Assembly (NCBI GenBank): GCA_040954595.2
Contig: CM082592.2
Location: 3,116,735-3,180,734, forward strand
Length of the DNA stretch: 64,000 nt
DNA from: Balanoglossus misakiensis
Lineage: Eukaryota; Animalia; Hemichordata
Direction of reading: 5' to 3'
The translations under genes and the position numbers were made by a program. Under the pieces are notes generated by a model, which was not told where the DNA came from, ran no database searches, and was given only the letters and a program-made list of their open reading frames with translations. How positions within the stretch are numbered: the first letter of the stretch is position 1; each line of letters opens with the position of its first letter. Of this stretch, positions 52,031 to 64,000 are shown one piece after another.

Positions 52031-52854
52031 CAAGACGCCATACTGTTGTGCATGAGCGTATGGACAAATCTTGACCTTTTGTGACATTCAGATCGTCAAT
52101 GTGCTTTATGAATGTAAGGAACTTCAATTGGTGGTTTCACAAAATTAATTTGCATACTCACACCACAGCAATCATGTTACCTGGTTACCAGCTCGGCACC
52201 TGGGCAGGAGGATCTATATTACATCATTGAAATCTGAAACTAATGAGAAAAAAATGTGTAAATAGACAATAATAACTGACTGCTACGGACTTCACCTTGG
52301 CTGCTAACAAACCCAAACACCTGCAACAAATAATAAATAGTCAATATTAATTCATTATCACAGAATGGGTGGGGGTTTCATGTTATCTATTGTTTGGTTA
52401 CATTGTGCTGCGTCGTCTTTCATCTGTTGGCTAGTTAGCTGGCCAATGCACATTGTAAAACTCTAGGATCTGATAAACTTAATTACCTAATAGACTTACA
52501 AAATGTGAAACTATCTATACTTCAATGAGAGCAACACAGACCAGTACTTACTGTCAATGACAGTCCAATTACGGACTAAAAATTCTACAAATTATCAACA
52601 ATTTTTTACAGTAGTTTTCCCCCTTACTATATGTTATGTAACTGCCATATTATCCCTTTTACTAGTTTTAGCTCCTAACTGGAAAATCATCATTACAATT
52701 TACAATTCTACAAATTGTACAAATTAATAATGGGCTTTTCAGTAGTAATCTCCTAATATTATGATACATAATTACTTAATTATGCAAATAACACAGAATA
52801 AGTTCTACAGCAGTGGGTTCATGAACAACTACACTTATATTATTTATCTTTTAG

Positions 52855-53255
52855 TCATCATCATCATCATCATCATCACCATCGCCGTCGTTGTCTATGT
52901 TTATTTGTCTTTTAATTATCATCATCTTTGTTTACACATTTATTTATCTTTTAATCACTTTCATTATCAACATCATTGACAATATTGACGTCATAGTAAT
53001 CATCATCATCATCATTTAATCACCACCATCATCACCATGATTTAATTAATCTCATCATCATCTACTCATTTCTTATTTATCACTACCATCATGATCACCA
53101 TCATTATTGCAGCCACCATCACCATCACCATCATCATCATCATCATCATCATCATTGTCATCATTATCATCACGAGACTACCATCAACATCAATGTCACC
53201 ACCATAACAATAAGTATTAACAATGAACATCATGACTGCCATCACCATCACCAAC
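52855..53255. repeat. Degenerate (CAT)n simple repeat
   Basis: Seen directly. Confidence 0.85.
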
Positions 53256-54439
53256 ATTACAGGAATAAACTATTAAGTACCCATGGAAATCAGAAACATT
53301 CAACCAATGTCATTCTACAAAGTCTACAGTCACTAGTTTATTAATCTAGCATTATTATTCTCTTAAATATTATGTTTATTATTATTGGTACGTAAATTAG
53401 TAAATCTAAGAATATTGTAACATTAAACTTTCAATTGGTAATTTTGAATATGCATAGTTGACATTATACACCAGTGATTCTGATTGTTGATTTACTAAAC
53501 TACTGCAATTTCCAAAAAAGACAAACCCATTCTGTATATACATGTTGCTATGTAACATGCTTTCCAATTTACAAATGGGAGTTCACTTTGTTGATGAAAA
53601 GGTGGAAGACAATGAGCTGTTGGTGAAACTGACTGGATGGTATTAAACACAATAAAATACAGGTATACATCTGAAATAGAAATGTTATACAATACGCGTC
53701 TGTTTAATTAATCATATAATCTGGAATGAAATCATGCATTCAATACACGACAATTGTGATCACAATTACAGGTAAAGTGCAAGTAACACTGTCTGAAAAA
53801 AAGGTTAGTACAAAGTTTCGTATTTAGCTATAGTACTTAAAACAACAATGTGATCACACTCCATCATTTTCAATGTGAACACCATGGTTTATTTACTGGG
53901 TCATGCGATATTTTTAACACAGGGGAACACTATAAATGCCACATAGTAATATCATTATGATAAAACACATAATGATGCAGCATTGTTATACTGGAGGTAC
54001 TAAAGTCATATCCACACAATTACACTTTTACTTATCAAAACTCTGAGTGAGTGGTTACTTATACAGTATGTCATGTTTGAGAGTGCAAGGTATGTCATGT
54101 TTGCGAGTGCAAGGTATGTATCAATGACATCCCCAAATCTGACTGGCCAGGTCAGAATGGGGACACCCACAATTTTATAGTCACATGTGAAACTCTACTC
54201 ATGGTACCACTTCCACCATTATCTGTGCAAATTAACCAGTATATCCCAATTTTACAAGCTCACCACTTTTCTTACTTGATCACGTACGTTTTACAAAGCT
54301 TAAGTGTTATTATTATTATTACCAAAGTCATCACTTTAAGTTATGTACATTTGTACACACCACCAACATGTGTGTGTTTTAACAAAATGCACTTTAACCC
54401 AGCATATTACCCATGTCAACTGCCTTGTGTCATTACAAG

Positions 54440-54733
54440 TGTGTATCTCATAGTAAACTTCCCCTGTTGAAGGAAAGTTTAAGTATTGCAACATTGTGGG
54501 ACTCATTTGGTTATTACATGACCAAATGTTAGACAGTACCACTACAAAGCTATAGATACTACAAGATCTACAGAAAAAATACACATGTGTATCTCATAGT
54601 AAACTTCACCTGTTGAAGAAAAATATTAGTATTGGAACATTGTGGGAGTCATTTGGTTATTACATGACCAAGTGTTAGACAGTACCACTACAAATCTATA
54701 GATACTCCAAGACCCACAGAAAAAATACACATG
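54440..54733. repeat. ~146-bp tandem duplication
   Basis: tgtgtatctcatagtaaacttc...cagaaaaaatacaca occurs twice. Confidence 0.85.
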
Positions 54734-54872
54734 TTAAGCATTTAAGTAAGAATCTGTCACATGATATACATGTAATCACACTTTTTGCATTAAATCCACT
54801 TACACATGAGCGGTATTCAACACAACTGTTTATCATGAGCGCGAAGTTATGGTTAAGGTATTAAAATTTCGG

Positions 54873-54971
54873 CATCACTACCATCATGATCACCATCATT
54901 ATTGCCATCACTATGATCATCTTCATCATCGTTATCACCATCATTATCAGCATCATCACCATCACCAGTAC

Positions 54972-55003
<32 letters not shown>

Positions 55004-55127
55004 CCACCATCATCATTATCAGCATCATCACCATCACCAGTACCACCATCATCATCATCATCACCATTATCAGCATCATCACCAGTACCACCATCATCAT
55101 TATCAGCATCATCACCATCACCAGTAC

Positions 55128-55159
<32 letters not shown>

Positions 55160-55225
55160 CCATTATCAGCATCATCACCAGTACCACCATCATCATTATC
55201 AGCATCATCACCATCACCATCACCA
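54873..55225. repeat. (CAT/CAC)n compound microsatellite
   Basis: Seen directly; produces spurious poly-His, poly-Asp and poly-Met ORFs. Confidence 0.95.
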
Positions 55226-56265
55226 TAATTCAAAACAGATATTTATCATGAACACAAAGTTATGGTTATACCAGTAACTGCTAAACCAGTTGGTATAGCG
55301 TCACCATCATCATCACAATCATTATCACTATCACCATCATCACCATATTCAACACAGCCGTTAATCATGAACGCGACGTTACGGTTAATTAAAACTGCTG
55401 TAACAGTCGGTATAGATCACCATTTCCCATGGTAATATTGTGGTTAAATTTGCATGCATGTCTTTTGTCTGGAAAATAAAAAACATTAAATACCACAGTC
55501 TATCCAACTGCAGTGTCATTGCAATACATAAATGAGTTTCCAGACAATACCTCAGTGTAGTGTACACACAAGTTAAAAATTCTACAGTGTGTGTCTGGAA
55601 GTGGCGTAAAGATTAGCGCAACTACATGATATACTACATACATGTCAAGCAAAAGGGCTGCTTAGTTTGTACGTTAAAATGATACCAGGGAATCAAATGA
55701 ACTGCATTCCTAGAAAAAAAATATTTAATTTATCAATAACATGCATATCAACAATAATTATCTATACCAGTCATAAATGTTCACCAACAGCTCTATGTAC
55801 TAGGATCATTTTACTCTAGTTTGTACAAACACATTTGCCTTGCAAAACTCTGCACACAGAAACACAAAGTATGTAATGTCAACCATGCATAGTGTTTTAG
55901 GCTACCAATTCTTTCGAATATTTAAGATGAATGTGACTGACTGTTTAGATGAAAATACATCTCTGTGTTAAATGTATGGTAAAATTATATCCTTCACTAA
56001 CATTATTATTCTGTTATTATACCACAACCACTACAACCACAAGGCTAACGGATACAACATTATACTCATTATTCTGGATTAAATTAAGACCGTTAAGAAT
56101 CAAATAATCACCATCTATACCATTTAAAACATATCCATTCTCCCGCCTTTTCCAACTCAAAGTATCCTGAATATCCACCAAACAAGACCAGACAATACCA
56201 CATTGACATATTATGCGCTGCAGAAACTACTGTTTTTGGTGTCTTACTTACAATTTTAAAGCACT

Positions 56266-56267
<2 letters not shown>

Positions 56268-56305
<38 letters not shown>

Positions 56306-56310
56306 TTCAT

Positions 56311-56365
<55 letters not shown>

Positions 56366-56370
56366 GTCAT
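56268..56370. repeat. (CAT)n microsatellite
   Basis: Seen directly. Confidence 0.95.
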
Positions 56371-57299
56371 TTAAGTGTTATTTTTGTTATTATACCATCA
56401 TCCTCATCATTATTGTGCCCATTATTAATCTGATAGTATTAGGGGCCCTGTCTATTATTGAAAAACTTATGTATGTCAGACATAATTAAAATTGTTGTCT
56501 TACCAAGCCACTGATTATAACCGGCAGTTACTCTTGGTTTCATATTTCATTAACAGATCGATTGCTCTCATATTAAATTTGTTTTTCAATTGTCATTGGT
56601 TTTAAGACTTAAAAGTGCTCCATTTTCAATGTAACTGATCAATACACTACATCCATCCTCCTTACCGTTAATTAGCATTTGAACATCGAGAAGTACATGC
56701 AAACTGAATATAGGAGATGCTTACCATGTTTTGCAGCAGGCTAGTGTTAGCAATTCTGCACCATCCTGCAAATTGAATGTACATTTCAGCTGCCAAGCAA
56801 AAGAATATGCATATAGTATAAATAAAAAAATATTACTTCCCTACTCAAAGGTCAGCTGTAGTAATGTATATCCATTTCTGTAATCTTCAATCCACAAGTC
56901 TTGTCAGCTGGATCACATGGAAAGTTCCTCCTGCAATTAGAAAAATGAAAACAATATTTGAGTACAAAATCAAAGCTTTTGAATAGTACCGAAATCATGG
57001 GTAAATAAAACTCACACATTTTTATTTTCAAATGTATACAGTCATCTAAATTTAGTTGGCTATACCAGTAAGTTGAGATCTGGCCAATCCTGTATTTCTA
57101 GTTGGAAGCCATGTGAAAGAAGCTATATCATGGTAATGCCCCCTATCATGGTCATTCAAAGACTTAGATATACCCTTTGACCATATATGGTCATACCATA
57201 TGCATATGCCCTGCGGCCTCAGAGTTTTCCAGCAAATGGCAGTTTAATTCCATAAAGGGCAACGTCAAAAGATCAATGTCAGATAAAAAGTTAATCCTT

Positions 57300-57665
57300 T
57301 TAGTTTTGGTGGCAAAAGGGCTTGTAACACGCGTAACGTTGTTCAAATTCGTGGCCACAAACAAGCTCTTGAAGGATGTGTTAGCAGAAATGAATCGATT
57401 AAATCTATTACTTCAACGCGATAATATTGATCTCCTTTCTATAGCTCCAATGGTCTCATCTATGGTAGTGAGTCTCGAAAATGTATTGGAGACACCTTAC
57501 AGTGGAATGCACGAGGTCGTGTTTATCAATCAATTTGACCGTGAGAACCAGACCTATCAGGGCATAAAGCTTAGATACATGCCCATAATCAATGTAAATG
57601 CGTTCGCTGACGGCACCTGATGCAATTCATCCAATATTCAACTTGCAGCACCGTTTCCTGCAGGT
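57300..57665 (+). pseudogene. Probable hAT transposase (ZNF862-like) remnant
   Basis: FKFVATNKLLKDVLAEMNRLNLLLQRDNIDLLSIAPMVSSMVVSLENV resembles the 'F.....LL.D+L..+..LS..fQ...+D' helical region of hAT/ZNF862-type transposases. The fragment is isolated and the frame is lost downstream. Recognised by eye only. Confidence 0.55.
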
Positions 57666-58328
57666 GGAAGTCACCATGCTTTCGTCACTGAGCAAAAAGT
57701 TACAAGATGTTACATCCTAAGAAGTGAATGTGTGAGCAATTACAACATATTGATTATTAATAAATACATTTTATGTCCATGGATATCTATTGCTGTATTA
57801 TTTACCAGTGTACATGTAGTTCTATATTGGGGGCCGGGCATTTGCAATGACTTGTTTTGTTGAGGTTTAACCCGACCATGCGACAGAACACTTCAAGCAT
57901 GGTTGTTTGAGCCTTCATGTCACAGCACCCCCCCCCCCCTCAATCCAAGAGATACTATCTTAATAAGGTGCACAGGTACCAGTACATGAATGAATAACGA
58001 TGAGGGGTCACTTTTCAAAAAAATATCATAAATGAGTTAACTTTTCATGATCTTCTGGGGGTAACTAATCATGGGTCAACAACATGTCATAGGAAATTTT
58101 CTAATGCGGCAATATGCTGTTGAAAAAGTAACACCACATACAACAGACCATGATAAATGAAATGAAACTTCAAAATTTTAACAAGAATTCCCAACGAGGA
58201 ACCACCTGAGTGAAAGTTGTGAAATTCTAAGGAAATTAATGATTCCTTGCGTAGAATTCGTTTTTCATGGACAACTTTAATAACTTAATAACTGTGTAAA
58301 ATTTAGTCGCGAATGCTGGGGCCTGTGC

Positions 58329-58492
58329 TAGCTGCAATAATTGTAGCCCTGGTGGGTTGGTTAATCGCTGACGGGGGGGCTTGATCGCTGTCGGTCCCAC
58401 TTCAGAGCGGACTCCCGCCAGGTGGGGCCGACAGCGATCAAGCCCCCCGTCAGCGATTAACCAACCCACCAGGGCTACAATTATTGCAGCTA
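58329..58492. mobile_element. 164-bp hairpin MITE, TAG...CTA termini, 10-bp TSD
   Basis: ~72-bp near-perfect arms (tagctgcaataattgtagccctggtgggttggttaatcgctgacgggggg...). TSD gggcctgtgc at 58319-58328 and 58493-58502. Confidence 0.92.
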
Positions 58493-61400
58493 GGGCCTGT
58501 GCTAGAAGTTGAAATGAAATGAAACATTATTTACAAATTACGCCACGGCAAATCATGGTAAACACTCACCAAATCATTCAAGACTTCCAACGACATTCCA
58601 TGCACACTGTATTCCATCTTCAGAGCGGACTCCAGCAGGAAAATTTGGATACAAACGCGCACACAAATCGCGATACATCGTTTTCCACGTTCTGTGACGA
58701 CATCCATCTCGAATATTACCTGCGCCATGACACATATGTGACGTCATCGTGTAAAATTCCATTATGTTCCATTCCAACGCGTTGAACAATATTTCCACTG
58801 TCTGCGATAGAAACACACCAGAAAATTCGACTGCCTATGATAAAACTTGCACCCGGACCTCTGGCGAATACCTGGAACCAGTTTTTCGTGAATAATATTT
58901 CCATTCTTAGGGATGGGTGCTCCTTTTCAAACCAAGCGATGGAAGTTCACTTCAAACCGACCGCCATGATATGACGTACATGTATGACGTAGGTCTACCA
59001 CAACTATACAGCGCCCTCAACGCCGGGAAACATAAAAGTGACAGTTTCGTTTTGTTTCTTCCTGATGCGGGCTAGTTCACACCTTGGAAATTTAATTAAC
59101 CATAATGCCAGGCTGAATTCAATTTACATTTGACATGCCTATCTATGAACTTGTATTTGACACAGCTATCTGCGTTCACAGCTTGGATCAATCAATAGTT
59201 TTGTGAAATGCTGATAAATTTATTCTGGTTGCATCGTGGTAACTTCGGCACATCAAAAGCATCACAGTAATTCTTCTGGAAAAGTACGAAGCCACATTAT
59301 AAAAAGAGTTACATGCTTGAGTGCAGCGAGTTAGTTCAAAAGGGCTGGAGTCCGCTGGTCCAGCCTGGACTGCAGGCCCTGTCCTGTAGTGTTAATAACG
59401 GATACCAATGAGAGTTAGTGAAATAAGAACGTTTTTCGTCGCGAACATTTCCAGGTTTATAAATAACACTATGTCGACACTGATTTATCAGACTCATGTC
59501 TGTCAGATTGACTGTCTGAGTTGATGCCTTGAGCATGGAACCAGACAGTCTCGAACACAGAGAGCGTTGCAAGAATGTAAGTCGATTTTGGGAGGCATTG
59601 TCTTTTCTACTTGCATTGTCGTTTTTCTTGCACTTCTTTGAGTAAAACAATTAATTGTTAGCACAGCAAGAAAGAGAACAATTTTTTTGGAAAATAAACC
59701 AATTTTTCATAAACTTCAAGTATAAAACTTACGGAAAAATTAAATATATAATATGTGAGGGAAATCATGGAATATATAAAAGTTTCGTTAAACCTGGATC
59801 TCAATTACGTTAAATCTTCTCTCTATCCTTTAAAATCCATATTACTTGTAACATACGTCCGTAATCTCTTGGCGACGCATACCATGGTTGTGTAGTCATT
59901 GTATGGAGGGCTAAAGGCCGATTAAACGGGTGCGGCACCAGTTTAATATATCACTTGTTAAAATTGCAACATACAGCCTAGCCACAATCGGGAGTCGATA
60001 TCAAAGGGAGTCTTTAGTAATTACATGGGGTGGGCCGGGGGAAATTGGGGAAGGTCCACCATGTATAAGTGTGATCCTCCCCAAGCATCCCTTTTTAATT
60101 AAAGTGTGACCCTCCCCTCTTATGTATAGAACTATAAATAATATGCAATTTATGTACTGTGGGTTAGCTATTCTTGTAGGATTCTTATGAGGAGTTTCTT
60201 TAAGTCCCAGGGAACTCATTTTTTTTTAAATTTCAGGTAACGACTTTGGTGTTTTGCTATTCACTGTGAAATGCTCCAGGGTTTCGTTTCTCAACAAAAC
60301 ACTTTCGTAGTAAATGACCGTTGTTATTGTTGAAAATTGAATTCAAGTCCGGACTTGAATGCATTTGTCAACAAAGACAATACGTGTACATGTAGTCGTT
60401 ATACACACAGGCCTGTCTCATTCGTTGATGTCAGAGCGGAAAACTGAGAATATTGGGTTGGAATGTAGTTGGGAGAACAAGAAATTACCAACAAAGCTTA
60501 GTTGAAGGTACTTTGGTAGGCCTACACAAGTACAAATGATGAAAAACATTACATCAACAAGAAGTTACAGATAATGGTCCTTTAATGGGTATGGAATATT
60601 TTTTTTAACCGTTCATACATTGTATATTCTTGATATAAACAAACGCGTCCCAACTCCACATGTTTTTCATGTGCTCTCAGTTCGTAGGCTGCAGGGCGTG
60701 TTCGGCCGTGAGAAATTGTCAATTTACATATTCATGATTTGAGAGCTCGGCCCACACTGCAATCACGTGGATCTTCGATTTTGTTTACACCCAGTAGAAT
60801 ACCAACGTAAGGCTATAAACGGGTAGCGGGTAGTGGGGACCAATTACTACTTTTACATAGCGTTCGACTAAACTTACCCTCGATTTATTTGTTAGATTAT
60901 TAACTGAGAGTATTCAAAGTCTAATCCATTTGGAATCGCATTATACAAATAAATGGGTAGAAAATGCAATTTTGTTTTCACCCATATTCTGCGAACACCC
61001 CCGTCAAAATGGTTTATGCTGACAACCGAGTAGCTGTCACATGTTTCAACGATGTTATGTTTGGACTACAGCAATACGATGATAGCTGGTCGCGCCATCT
61101 TGCCTCGGAAGCGGTGATCAGTGTCGGCTTGATCACAGATCTGGTCGTGCGATCGGAATAATCTATCTTACCATATATTTGTTGTAACTCTATCGGTCGA
61201 CCAGTGGCACTCTTTAGCTGAAATATGAGTATAGAGACACTGTTGGAAGCAGCCAAATTTCTTGAGTGGCGCGCCCAAGCTACCGAAGCACGTGGTACGT
61301 ACGCACATGTTATGATGTTTGTGTGGACGAGTGTTAAATCGTTGCATTGTTAAATCATTGTCTGTCCTTGTTCCAATCCTGTTTAATGTCAGCGTGGATG

Positions 61401-62385
61401 TCAGTGTTCAACACATAAACTTGTAATACCACTACCAGTTATGAAGTAAATGACGATTTTCGATTTTTTCAAGTGACGTTATACTTGATCATGTCTGCTT
61501 ACGTGTTCAGTTGCATAAATAACTAAGGCTATTGACCTGGTTCATAGTGACTGCTATTTGCATACTGACCAGTCGAAATCATTGTTCTCGTCGCTTGTAT
61601 TGTTTTGGTTTTAGATGAAGGCCAAACCATAGGCGTGAAGGATAACATAAAAACGCAACGAAATTCAATACCAGATGTGACAGCGATCGATGTGGCGAAT
61701 GAAAGCTCCAAAGATAGCATTGTATCTGACGACCTGAATTTCGAAGACCGAGAGAGGCGGAGGTCAGGAGGGTAAGGGTCTCATTTATTTGTGACGTTTG
61801 CAAGCACAATCAACACACCTACTGTGCGTCCCACCCTTGTCAACATATACACTGTATTAGCAGTTGCAGATTAAAAAATAAATGATTTTACCAGTGATTT
61901 GATTTTTTTTTTAAATGATGATTTTCCCAGTGATTTGTATTAAAACTGTGGGAATTACTGTCAAATTAATAATTCATGTACAATCAATTTTTCAGAGCTG
62001 GTACAAGAGAAGTTCATAATAAATTAGAAAAAAACAGGTAGGTTTATCTACATACTATATACCATGTTTATTAAATCTATTAGCAACTGTAATGGTGTTA
62101 TAAATGTAAAATATCAACATGTTATTGTTGATGTCTTCATCAGAGTGCTGAATACTTTGAAGGTATACGGTCACCCCTAATTTACATACGCCCATATATG
62201 GCTGAAATTATCATATTTGGGTGTTCTAAAGAATATTTGGCACTCTTTTTTTCCGCGTGTGCCACCCACTGAAAATCTGTGATTGGCTAGATCTCAATTT
62301 GCCATGGTAACTGTAGCTATATTTGCATATGTGACCGTATACCTTTAAATTAAAGCCTCAGTAATCCTCACTCTGTTTGTAACTA

Positions 62386-62596
62386 CTGTAAAACATGTTA
62401 TTTTCGCGAGGAATAAATTTTTGCCAAATACGCGAGAACCAAAATAACGTGGAAATAAAAGTTGCGTAATTTTTTTGTATCCACAGTTAACGATGCAGTA
62501 AATGAAATAAGAGAACGCGAAAAGTAATACTCGCGAAACAGTTGCCTCTTTTGATATCGCAAAAATTTCTTGTCGCGAAAATAACATGTTTTAAGG
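62386..62596. mobile_element. MITE with TA TSD (Tc1/mariner-like)
   Basis: ta|ctgtaaaacatgttattttcgcga ... tcgcgaaaataacatgttttaagg|ta. Confidence 0.8.
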
Positions 62597-64000
62597 TATC
62601 AAATGTGTCCTAGAGGGTGTGATTCCCATGACAACTGGCAGGAACTGTGGTTGTTGTTGAATTCATGGACGGAACACATTATTTGTGGTCGTTATTGCTC
62701 GTTATCTATTTGTAGATTGTTGTTTGTCATGACTGCAAGTGTTTTTCTTGCTGCTGTTCATTACTGCTTGTTACTAGTTTACAAACACCCTGTATAATAT
62801 AGGAACCCTGGAAATATGATTCTGGCCCTACCCAAAGCTCAGAAATTTACAGACCACTTGGCAGGATGGCATCAGCAGGGGGAATATGTCCCCCTTTTAT
62901 TACTGAAGCTTCCATTTCAAACAAAAATATGTAGACTTAGCGAGCATTTTCTTTCCGTTTTAATTTCTTGATATATAAAGGTCATATTTGTAGCTCGTTA
63001 TCCTTTGTCCTTCTTGCTCGTTATTGCTCATGGCTGTTCGTTTTTGCTAATTACTTTGGTAACTATCAAACGTGTTGTAGAGGGCGTGATTCCTGTGATT
63101 GGCAGGAACTGTGTGGTTTCCGTTTAAATTATGGATGGATCACTGTTTATTTCAAGATCATTATTGGACATTACTACTCTACCAATTGTTGCTAGTTTTA
63201 CATTCACCCAAAATGTACATCCCCGCAGTTCCTTGCCAGGCTTCCTGCTATAAAATGATTTGATCTGGTGTATCTATGTGTCAGTTTTTGCCAACATGCA
63301 TCCGGTCCCATACAGTAGAACGTCGATTATCCGAACAGCTAGGGGGACAGGCTTTTGGTTCGGTTATGCGATCGGTTCGGATACGCAAACTTAGGGGGGC
63401 GGGGTCATATCTGACATATAACACGCATACATAAACCCGTCCATAGTAGACAAGACACATCGTTTTCCATTCTATTTTTATTTCTAAGTAAATTTGGATG
63501 TTTTCAAATACTGCACAAAGTAAAATTATGAGAAAGTAAAAAATAAATAAAAGAATGACGACGTGAGGTCGAGCATGTGACGCTCGCTTCATGACATAGC
63601 CATGATGGCATGGACAGTAATGGCGGAAGCAATGCGATGTCGGTCGGTTCGATGTTTCTCGGCAGATCACTACTGGAATTACAAATGGTGAAATTTCCCA
63701 AAACCCAAGGGTTTTTAAACACTTCTACCGAACCAGTTAACACTTTCAAGTTTTGACAAAATGCCGCGAACGTTTAATGAAGAAGCCGACCATCGGTCGC
63801 AACCTTTTAGCAAGGCTGGCAAAGCTTTGCGGCTGACGAACCGTGCCATTGTCGAGCTGTTTATTTTCACACCTCTTGCGATTGCATCCAAATGATTCAT
63901 ACCCGGGGATACAAAACATTAACACTTTAATTAAAACAAAAGGCTAATGGGCGGTAAGGTTGTTTAAAGAAATAACTTTTTTAAAAGAGGAAAGTGCTGT

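Noticed and set aside
54849-55277. Poly-His, poly-Asp, poly-Met and poly-Ile ORFs
   Set aside because: Translations of a (CAT)n microsatellite, with no splice or domain support.
60000-64000. Short ORFs and promoter-like CpG patches near the window end
   Set aside because: No coherent exon chain or recognisable product. Only MITE/TIR fragments and a small local duplication (~62600-62790 / ~63070-63200) are evident.

Overview
AT-rich, intron-containing animal genomic DNA. The repeat types and gene content suggest a marine invertebrate, but the species cannot be determined from the sequence. Genes reconstructed by hand from GT-AG splice sites: (1) the 5' end of a RING-type TRAF gene (minus strand, runs off the window start); (2) two head-to-head paralogs of a secreted 318-aa C-type lectin + F5/8 type C (discoidin) protein, lying in a ~6 kb inverted duplication; (3) a 3-exon, 535-aa uncharacterised gene with five RFX X-box-like sites in its introns; (4) a complete 4-exon MTFP1. 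The second half is repeat-dominated: 53-bp minisatellite, ~350-bp and ~280-bp tandem arrays, an RTE LINE remnant, a hAT remnant and MITEs; an L2/CR1 remnant sits at the centre of the lectin duplication. Main finding: the two lectin paralogs have identical exons 1-3 but differ at the sugar-specificity motif, EPN (mannose-type) versus QPD (galactose-type), with 17 nonsynonymous versus 4 synonymous nucleotide differences by manual count. The duplication has an A-B-A(inv)-B layout with microhomology at both junctions. A second oddity is a set of tiny TAG...CTA hairpin elements with 9-10 bp target-site duplications; one carries in its loop a 16-nt exact copy of sequence ~125 bp beyond its end. All alignments were done by eye.
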